Below, in pieces: positions 55,717 through 64,000 of a stretch of 64,000 nt of DNA (positions within the stretch are counted from its first letter, which is position 1; each line of letters begins with the position of its first letter). This DNA comes from Octopus vulgaris (taxonomy: Eukaryota). Below the pieces are notes generated by a model. The model saw only the letters and a list, made by a program, of their open reading frames with translations. It was not told the DNA's origin and ran no database searches. The stretch covers positions 43,648,001-43,712,000 of the forward strand of contig OX597838.1 in assembly GCA_951406725.2 (NCBI GenBank), given 5' to 3'. The position numbers were made by a program, and so were the translations under genes.

Positions 55717-56378
55717 CACACACACGCACACACATCTACTAGCTCTGTTTTGTAACGTATACAAACACAATTGCCCCCAGACTCACTATTTATCCCCTCC
55801 CCTCTCACCACAACTCTCTCTCTCTCTTGCATTCATGTTCCCTTCTTACGCCTTCCTCTCTATCTCTTATCGTGTGTCTCAATCAATCTATTTATTGATT
55901 GATGTCCAGAGATTAATACATTTACTCTGCCAACATTTTCCAGTTTCGTTCTAACCACACAAATTTATTCATTCATTCATTCAGATCTCAGGTAAATTGC
56001 CAGCCATTCACAAACGTACGCGTGCGCGCACGCAAAACACATAGCCTCGCATACATATGAGCAACACGAAGGTGTATATGCAGGTATGCACGTATGTATG
56101 CATGTATGCTTGCAAATATTTATGCATACACTCACACACACACAAATGATATGCAATTGTGTGTGTATGTGTTTTACACATCAAAAACTCTATATATTCA
56201 CTTGATGTGTTCAGTTTAAATGTCTACGAATATATACATACATATATAGACATACATCCATATATAAATCCTTAAATCCTTAAAAATGTTTTAGCCCGAA
56301 GGCCGCGGCCATGCTGGGGCACCACCGCTGAATGAGCCACACTAGTTTGTGAATCCACCTCTGATACGTGGCACTTGA

Positions 56379-59240
56379 TCAACAAGGGAGTTCTGATGCT
56401 GCTGCCCGCATCCGTGTCTCCTGTCGTGAGGTAGGTTCATCTGGGACTCCCAACAAGAAGAGATCCAGTTTAGTTTTAAAGAAACCCACATCCACACCAT
56501 GTAAGTCTCTCAGGCATTTAGGGAGGATGTTGAAAAGCTGTGGTCCTCTGAAACCCAAGCTGTTGCAGTATCTGGACCTGTATTTTGATGGTGATGTTGG
56601 AATCCTTGGCACCACGCAGCGGCGCCCCGTTCTGCGGTTGGAGTAACTTTGAATGCCAAAGTTTGGGACAAGACCCTCCAGGATTTTCCTGATGTATATT
56701 ACTGCATATCTCTCCCGCCTCCGCTCCAGGGAGAAGAGGTTTAATACCTTCAGTCTTTCCCAGTAGCTGACATTTTGCATTGAGACGATTTTCTTTGTGT
56801 AGCTTCTCTGAGTTGCTTCGAGTTCTGCTGTTTGTTTTATATTGTGTGGTGACCAAAGTTGGGAGCAGTAGTCCAAGCGGCTGAGGACAAATGTTTTCCA
56901 TAGGACCATCAGTGTCTCCTTCTCTCTTGTTCTGAAAGTTCGGAGAATCCATCCAGCTAGCCGTCTGCATTTTATCACCAGATTAGCAATATGCATTTGG
57001 AAAGATGCATCATTGCTCATGTCAATGCCCAGGTCACGCACTGATTTTGACTCAGGGATTGCAATTCTTCCTGGGCCAGTGTATCCAGTCTTCACGTCAT
57101 TTACCTTTGTGTGCCAGTAGCGCAGGGCCTGGAACTTACCTGCATTAAACTGCATGTTGTTGTCCTCAGCCCACCTGTATATTGTGTCCAGCTCATGTTG
57201 CAGATGCGCAATATTTTCAGGGTTCTGTATTGCGTGGGAGACCTTTGTGTCATCTGCATAGCTAGCAAGGGTGGTCATCGTAGCAACTGAAGGCATGTCT
57301 GAAAGGGCCACTATGAACATCAGTGGCCCCAAGACAGTGCCCTGTGGGACACCGCTTGTTATTTGCGTTTCCCTGGAGGTGGCTCCATTGCTCACAACTG
57401 CCTGTTTTCTGTCTTTTAGGAAGTTGTGCAGCCACTCTCCAAGTTTCCCGCCTATGCCGAGACCACGCAGTTTGTGACAGATCATACCATGGTCGACTTT
57501 ATCAAAGGCTTTTGCAAAGTCAAGATATATTACATCCACATTTGAGCCATTTAGTAGCTGTTTCAACACCCAGTCATAGTGTTGCAGGAGCTGTGTTAGG
57601 CAGCCTCTACCTGGTCGAAATCCATGCTGGGTGTCAGACAGTAAGTCATTTTCTTCAAGGAACATGATTAGTTTCTTACGGACTATTCGTTCCATGACTT
57701 TGCTGATGTGTGAGGTCAAAGAGATAGGCCTATAATTTTTAGCATCTGCTCTGCTACCTCCCTTATGGATAGGGCATATTACCCCCTCTTTCAGTTTGAC
57801 TGGGAGCTTACCACTTGCAAGAAAGCTCTGAAAAAGAAGCTGTAGCGGTTTTGCAAGGGCTCGTTTGCACGATTTGAGAAGGATCGCTGGGAATCCATCA
57901 GGTCCAGCAGCTGAGTTTGTGTCAATCTCATCAATGGCTAGTGTGATATCATCTTCTTCGATGTTGATGTACTCAATTTTTGTCTCTTTGGCCGCTGGTA
58001 AAGTGGCAAAGAATTCTTCTGGGTTGTTTACTTGCCTGTGTCCTAGAGGTGTAGTGAATACACTTTGGAACTGTTCGTTCAGTATTTCACTTATCCTCGT
58101 GGGATTTCCTGTGAGAGAGCCATCTTTTTGGAAGAGAGGTCCTATTCTCTGGTGCACTGTGGCTGTCTCTTTGGCAAACTTAAAGAAAGCTTTAGGGTTT
58201 GATTTTATATTTTCTATTACCCAAGCTTCTTTATCTGCTCTCTCCTTTTCATGGGACTGATGTAGACTTTTCTCAGTTTCCATTAGCATTCTTTCGAGCC
58301 GAGACTTCTCACCACTTTTGGTGTGCTTGCTCAGGCGGTTTGCAATCCTTGTCCGTCGTCTCATAAGAATCCTCCTTTCTCTAGGGATCCTGTTTTTATT
58401 CTTGTGTGTGCTGGCCCTGCACATTGGGACATATTTGTCACATATGGCTTGTATTATGGACATGAAGTGTTTGTGTTTCATGTTTATGTCCGGTGTGGAG
58501 AGACATTCAGGCCAATCCTGTTTGAGGATCTCTTTCTCAATCGACTTCCAGTTGGCTTTATGAAAGTTTAAGTTGGAGAGATGGTGGGTGCTTCGTATAG
58601 GCTGTGTGTCTGCGGGGGCTTTTGTTCCATACGTAGACAGCTCTATTATGTTGTGATCCGAGATCATTGTCGGCATCACATTAACATTATGGATAATATC
58701 CATATTGTTTGTAAAGCAGAGATCCAGTATATTATCTGCCCTTGTTGGTTGCAGAACTATTTGCTCCATGAAAGAGGTATTTGTGAGATGGAGCAGGGAC
58801 TCCACCTGTGCCTGCTGATGGTGTGTCATCCCTGGGAGCATCTGCCCCCCAGGCCATTCCACATTGGGGAGGTTAAAGTCACCCATGAAGAATACACTGT
58901 TGTGCTGTTCAAGGTTGGTGAGGACTTCTCCTATTTTTGTTAGGCAGTCTTCAAACATGCCTGAGTGTTTTGGGGCGTCTGGTGGGCGATATGTAGTGCA
59001 TATGACGATATTCAGTTGTCTTATGTGTACAATTTGAGTTTCACATACTGAGTTTGAATATGACAGCAGGACCTGGGGCGTGAGGTCATCTCGGATGTAC
59101 ATTGCAACTCCACCATGGCTCCTCCCTTTTCTATCTGTGCGTATGACTGCATATTGCGGCATGTGTATTTCTGCATCACCTATATCGGGTTCAAGATGCG
59201 TTTCTGTGAGTGCCATGCATATAGCTTGATTGCATGTCAC
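56379..59240 (-). CDS. LINE ORF2: apurinic endonuclease plus reverse transcriptase (953 aa; true start probably ATG 59355 with a 1-nt frameshift)
   Basis: LTETHL, YRPP, MGDFN, LDLCF, SDHN (APE); NYRPISL, QHGFRPGR, YLDFAKAFDKV, SGVPQGTVLGP, YADD (RT). Confidence 0.95.
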   Translation of the reverse strand: MTCNQAICMALTETHLEPDIGDAEIHMPQYAVIRTDRKGRSHGGVAMYIRDDLTPQVLLSYSNSVCETQIVHIRQLNIVICTTYRPPDAPKHSGMFEDCLTKIGEVLTNLEQHNSVFFMGDFNLPNVEWPGGQMLPGMTHHQQAQVESLLHLTNTSFMEQIVLQPTRADNILDLCFTNNMDIIHNVNVMPTMISDHNIIELSTYGTKAPADTQPIRSTHHLSNLNFHKANWKSIEKEILKQDWPECLSTPDINMKHKHFMSIIQAICDKYVPMCRASTHKNKNRIPRERRILMRRRTRIANRLSKHTKSGEKSRLERMLMETEKSLHQSHEKERADKEAWVIENIKSNPKAFFKFAKETATVHQRIGPLFQKDGSLTGNPTRISEILNEQFQSVFTTPLGHRQVNNPEEFFATLPAAKETKIEYINIEEDDITLAIDEIDTNSAAGPDGFPAILLKSCKRALAKPLQLLFQSFLASGKLPVKLKEGVICPIHKGGSRADAKNYRPISLTSHISKVMERIVRKKLIMFLEENDLLSDTQHGFRPGRGCLTQLLQHYDWVLKQLLNGSNVDVIYLDFAKAFDKVDHGMICHKLRGLGIGGKLGEWLHNFLKDRKQAVVSNGATSRETQITSGVPQGTVLGPLMFIVALSDMPSVATMTTLASYADDTKVSHAIQNPENIAHLQHELDTIYRWAEDNNMQFNAGKFQALRYWHTKVNDVKTGYTGPGRIAIPESKSVRDLGIDMSNDASFQMHIANLVIKCRRLAGWILRTFRTREKETLMVLWKTFVLSRLDYCSQLWSPHNIKQTAELEATQRSYTKKIVSMQNVSYWERLKVLNLFSLERRRERYAVIYIRKILEGLVPNFGIQSYSNRRTGRRCVVPRIPTSPSKYRSRYCNSLGFRGPQLFNILPKCLRDLHGVDVGFFKTKLDLFLLGVPDEPTSRQETRMRAAASELPC

Positions 59241-59300
59241 AAGGTCTCTCAGGAATGAAATTTTCTTTTTACAGTTTCCTGCGCAGCAGCCCTCCTACAT

Positions 59301-59933
59301 TCAGTAGAAATATTTTTGTGGTGTGTGTGTTGGTGTTGGTGTCTGTGGTGGCCATCCTGCATCTGTTGGAGGTGGCCTTATGTGGTGGTAGTTCCAGCTT
59401 TGTGCTTGTAGCCAGGTCAGCTGCTGAACAATTTTTTGTGCCATGCACAAAAAAGACTGCTGTTCAGCTGCCGCCCTTCTCACATCTGGGTGAAGCTGGC
59501 CACCTGTTGGGTTTCCGCGCACCACATCTGCATACCGTCTTTCAGTAGTGGTCAGTGCGCTTTTTTCCCTTCTTTTAACTTTTTGTTTTTGTTCTCCCTG
59601 AGGGAGGGACCTCTGTCTCGCGTCCGTGCGGTTTTGGTAGGGCCTCCGATGTGCAAAGCGACAGTTTGCACCTTCAACGCCGTACCAGCAGTCCCCCCTC
59701 AGGTAGAATTTGCAGGTGTTTCTTTCCCTGCCCTTACAGTTTTTGCTGGGGTCCCTCTGCTTTCTCTGGACAGGGCTTCCTTTAGCCTTGATTCTGTCAC
59801 CCTTTACCTCCTGCTTCCCATCAATTCCAGGGTGCCTTTCCTTTCTTGCGGCCATCGCACCTCTTTGGTCTTCAGTTGTGGTGTTGGAAGCTGGACATGT
59901 GTCATCGTTTCCCTGTGTTCCAGGCTTCTCCAT
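59301..59933 (-). CDS. LINE ORF1 C-terminal part with a CCCH zinc finger
   Basis: [22 protein letters not shown] lies directly upstream of ORF2 in the same orientation. Confidence 0.75.
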   Translation of the reverse strand: MEKPGTQGNDDTCPASNTTTEDQRGAMAARKERHPGIDGKQEVKGDRIKAKGSPVQRKQRDPSKNCKGRERNTCKFYLRGDCWYGVEGANCRFAHRRPYQNRTDARQRSLPQGEQKQKVKRREKSALTTTERRYADVVRGNPTGGQLHPDVRRAAAEQQSFLCMAQKIVQQLTWLQAQSWNYHHIRPPPTDAGWPPQTPTPTHTPQKYFY

Positions 59934-60004
59934 TTGGCTCTGGATGCTTTCCTCATCCTTTTGGCCCTCCCTGCTGCCGTCACCACCATATATATGTACA
60001 TATG

Positions 60005-60222
<218 letters not shown>

Positions 60223-60385
60223 TTCAGCAAAATTTAGATTCAGATGAATATGGTACTTAAGTCAAAGGCACCACAATTTGGTATGGTATTATCCATATAA
60301 ATCAAATGGGGTGATTATAATCAAAATAAGCAACAAGGTAGAGTAGATATACTCTACCTTGGATATACATATTGCTTATTTTGAT

Positions 60386-60419
<34 letters not shown>

Positions 60420-60536
60420 GAGGGCATTATTATACATACATGCCACACGCTAAGAGGGACAAAATTAGTCATTTCTACCAAAAATTTTACTAATCCCACC
60501 GAATGCAATTTTTCAAAGTAAGACATTTAAAATATG

Positions 60537-60583
60537 GACTTGTATCACCTGTGATTTCATACCTCTGTATTCATCAGCAAGTC
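60537..60583 (-). ncRNA. Type I hammerhead ribozyme, copy 1
   Basis: GACUUG-CUGAUGA-AUAC-AGAG-GUAU-GAAA-UCAC-AG-GUGA-UA-CAAGUC; all three stems pair perfectly. Confidence 0.9.
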
Positions 60584-60995
60584 TGGGCGTATCATAAATA
60601 AACGACCCTACATCGTCAAAGCCGGGCAGCCAACTGACCAACATCAACGACGCACATGGGTTAGTTTACATATATTACATCCGGTAAATATCAGACTTTT
60701 ACGAATTGCATTTCGGGAAAGGAAAAGTTATTTCGGAATAAAAATTTAGCAATTAAGGACAACTTCTTAATAAGGAAAACTTAACAAGAAATTATCGGGT
60801 AGATAGCGTGAAAAACCTCATAAGAGAAAAAATTTCGAAAATAATTCTTTCTCATTGAACATATTAAATTTATATATAGAGGGCATTATTATACATACAT
60901 GCCACACGCTAAGAGGGACAAAATTAGTCATTTCTACCAAAAATTTTACTAATCCCACCGAATGTAATTTTTCAAAGTAAGACATTTAAAATATG

Positions 60996-61042
60996 GACTT
61001 GTATCACCTGTGATTTCATACCTCTGTATTCATCAGCAAGTC
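60996..61042 (-). ncRNA. Type I hammerhead ribozyme, copy 2
   Basis: Identical to 60537-60583. Confidence 0.9.
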
Positions 61043-61191
61043 TGGGCGTATCATAAATAAACGACCCTACATCGTCAAAGCCGGGCAGCCAACTGACCAA
61101 CATATATATACACTCAATATATTATAAAGAAGAATGAAGTATCATACATCTTCAAAACTTGTCTATCATAGTATTATTCTCATTAAATTCC

Positions 61192-61323
61192 AATCCGACA
61201 AATGTTTCTGCCCCATAAGTGTCCTAATATCCTTTGATGTAGCTTTTGTGTGCCTTTCGTTGATTCACTCACAGTACATATTCATCCAAGGGAGACATTC
61301 CTATGCACCTTTCTTCAGGGTTT
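61192..61323 (-). ncRNA. Hammerhead-like motif with long stem II insert (resembles 8580-8704)
   Basis: AAACC-CUGAAGA...GAAAC-AUUU-GUC-GGAUU. Confidence 0.5.
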
Positions 61324-61917
61324 TATCCATGCGGGTGGGTGAAGCGAACTGAGGATTCAAGTGTGATATAGTCCTTCTGAAAGTGTATTCGAGGTTATGG
61401 ATCATGAAACATTAGAGTACTTGACAAAAGGGATGGCTTTGAAATAAGATATGACCTTTTTATACGACCTATTCTGCCCTTTTAGAATATTAGGGAATGA
61501 TTATTTTATATACTTAGTATTAGAAAAAAACCCATAATTAGGTCAGGAAGCATTCGCCTCACTGATCCCTCATAATAAGAATAATACCATATCAGTGGGT
61601 AGATTGAAAAAGAAAGGAAGGAAAGAGGAAACAAATATCGATTCAATGTGGGTATTCAGGACTGTACATAGCAATAAAGTTTTATTTATATTTAACTATT
61701 AGAAGTGTAGTATTGATTGAGATGAGAAAGGTAAGCTCGAATTCTTATCATTTAGTCTCAATACACTAAAACAACGTATAATTTTGAGATTTATTTTGAG
61801 AATGTTAAAATCTAATCAGAGTAAATTTGTGATTATTTGACGAGGTTAACTTATGCGCACTTCCATCTACGTGACATTCAGTTAAAAATTCTTATCTGGA
61901 AAGTGATTAAATACTTT

Positions 61918-62130
61918 TTAAAATGAATCTGCGCATTTTAGAGCTAATTTGTTTCCGTGATTCGATAACCTATAATTAGAGATAAAGATATGAAATATTT
62001 CTTCCAAGCATAGACTACATTTCGAGTTCATGATAGTATATGGTGAAGCGTTACAAATAATTGCCCACTTAATATCATTTTTAGTGTTCTTAACCTTTAA
62101 GTCCACAAATTTAGAAAAGTATTTAAATCA
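61918..62130 (-). pseudogene. Penelope-like element C-terminal fragment
   Basis: LSKF.DLK...IKWAII...Y...KCSLCLEEI..I....L.N...L..KC resembles the CxLCxxE...N...C C-terminus of invertebrate PLE GIY-YIG regions. Confidence 0.65.
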
Positions 62131-62144
62131 ATCAATTGATCAGT

Positions 62145-62207
<63 letters not shown>

Positions 62208-62220
62208 TATATTAGCTTAT

Positions 62221-62810
62221 ATGTTTCAGTCATTTGATTGCGGCCATGCTGGAGCACGCCTAGAAGGGTTTTAATCGAACAAATCGACCCCAACACTCAC
62301 TTTATTTTTAAACCTGCTACTTATTCTATCTGTTTAATTTTTGCTGAACCGCTAAGTTACGGGGACGTAAACACACCAGCACCGGTTGTCAAGTGGTGAA
62401 AGGTGACAGACATAAAGACACACACATATATATGGCAGGCTTCATTTAGTTTCTGTCTACCAAATCCACTCACAAGGCTTTGATCAGCCCGAGCTATAGT
62501 AGATACTCGTGGAAGGTGCCATGCAGCGATACTGAACCCGGAACAATGTGGTTGGGAAGTAAGCTTCTTACCACACAGCCACTTCACAGGTACGGGTACC
62601 ACTAACGTAGTTCTCAAGGAGATTCAACGTGACACTGAATGGAACAACGGCTGGCCCTTTCAAATACAGGTAACAACACATTTTTGTCAGCTGAGTGAAC
62701 TGCAGCAATGTGAAATAAAGTGTCTTGCTCAAGGATATACACAACGCGCAGCAGGAAATCGAACTCAGGACCGTGAGCCGAACACCGTAATCACTAAACC
62801 GCGCACCTTC
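62221..62810 (-). mobile_element. SINE family A followed by a family C-related SINE
   Basis: Diagnostic motifs. Confidence 0.8.
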
Positions 62811-63464
62811 ACAATTCTTCTTCTTCACAATGTCTTATTGAACATTTCTACATTTTAATCTCTAAACACCTTTATTCCAATCTATACACGCACTGTTTGT
62901 TTGAACTAAATTACAGAATAAAACAACCATATTTTTTAATGATTTTCTCTTCACTTTGTAAAGTCAAGCGTTTGTTGCATTGAGAATCGGTGTCAAAGTT
63001 GTTTACACTCTCGGAATTTAAAGTAGTTTGTTAATGTCAGCTGTATGCATTATTATTTGTTGCAGCTACTTTTTCTTCATATTCAGTGGTTTTACTACTT
63101 AATCTGAAGCTTATAGTCTTTATAAAATATCTAAAACTTACATTCAATTATTCTAAAATACTTGTTTAATTTCGTTTTTATTTGTCACTATTCCGTTTTG
63201 CCACGTCAAAACATTTGACAAGCATTAGTGAACAATTTTTTTTATTGCAATATTTTTGGCTTTTATTTGATACTTAGAATATAATTTAGATCGTAATATT
63301 TTCGCTGTCGTAACTTCCAAATAACTGTTTATTTTAAAACTGTCAATCGGTCATTCGGTCACTTCATTACTATGTTAATCTAGTGACAGGTAAATTATTA
63401 GTGCTAATATCATGTACTCTCTCTCTCTCACACATATATTTATGCAAACATTTACAATATCTTT

Positions 63465-63656
63465 TTATCTTCTATCTTTCACTTGTTCCAATCATTAGAC
63501 TGCGGCCATGCTGGAGCTCTACCTTGAATTTCTAGTCGAGTTAATCGACCATAGGTCTTCTTTGTTTATGCCTAGTACTTATTCTATCGATCTATTTCGC
63601 CAAACCTATAAGTAACGGGGACGCAAATACACCAACACCGGTAGTGGTGGGGGGGC

Positions 63657-63713
<57 letters not shown>

Positions 63714-63853
63714 CACATATACATATATATGTATATATGACAGGTTTCTTTTAGTTTCCGCCTACCAAATCGACTCACAAAGTCGGTTCGAAGCTATAGA
63801 AGAAAACACTCGCCCAAGGTTCACACGCAGTGGGATTGAACCTGGAACCATGT
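63465..63853 (-). mobile_element. SINE family A (diverged)
   Basis: Diagnostic motifs with central (CAGA)n. Confidence 0.82.
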
Positions 63854-64000
63854 GATAGTAGAAGATTTAATCGGAATGCTGATGGTATAAAAGACTAGTA
63901 ACGTTGTTCGTCATGAAAATTATGGTTATGAAGTGCTTGCTGAAAATTATAGCTTTTTGAATCGGAATTTCAGTCAGAGAGAATGCTTGAATAGAACGTT

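Larger units (their letters stand above)
56270..59988 (-). mobile_element. Near-intact CR1/L2-group LINE
   Basis: ORF1 plus APE-RT ORF2, short 3'UTR and (TTTAAGGA)n-type tail. Confidence 0.96.
60410..61103 (-). mobile_element. Retrozyme-like element: 235-bp direct repeats, each with a hammerhead
   Basis: Repeats 60410-60644 and 60869-61103 (period 459, one mismatch seen); no substantial ORF; (TA)n on both sides. Confidence 0.85.

Overview
AT-rich, microsatellite-dense eukaryotic non-coding DNA. The SINE families and repeat mix suggest an octopus or other coleoid cephalopod genome (inference). I found no host protein-coding exon I can support; most track ORFs are translations of (TA)n/(CA)n/(TATG)n/(TAA)n/(GA)n repeats. 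The identifiable coding sequence is all from transposons: a near-intact CR1/L2-group LINE (56270-59988, APE+RT, CCCH-finger ORF1) with decayed relatives, an R4/Dong-type RLE LINE and fragments inside (TAA)n tracts, three Penelope-like element (PLE) remnants, mariner, Tc1 and DD37D (maT) relics, a Helentron/HINE-like insertion, and dozens of tRNA-derived SINEs in three families. The most notable signal is about 15 hammerhead-ribozyme (HHR) motifs (CUGANGA...GAAA...NUH), intact or decayed, in small non-coding elements. They include a young 694-bp element with two identical, fully paired HHRs 459 nt apart (retrozyme-like, 60410-61103) and rod-like foldback elements with HHR-like cores on both strands (32662-33060, 17087-17476, 5895-6345). 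All ribozyme calls come from pairing by eye and need covariance-model searches and cleavage assays. SINE and decayed-element boundaries are approximate.
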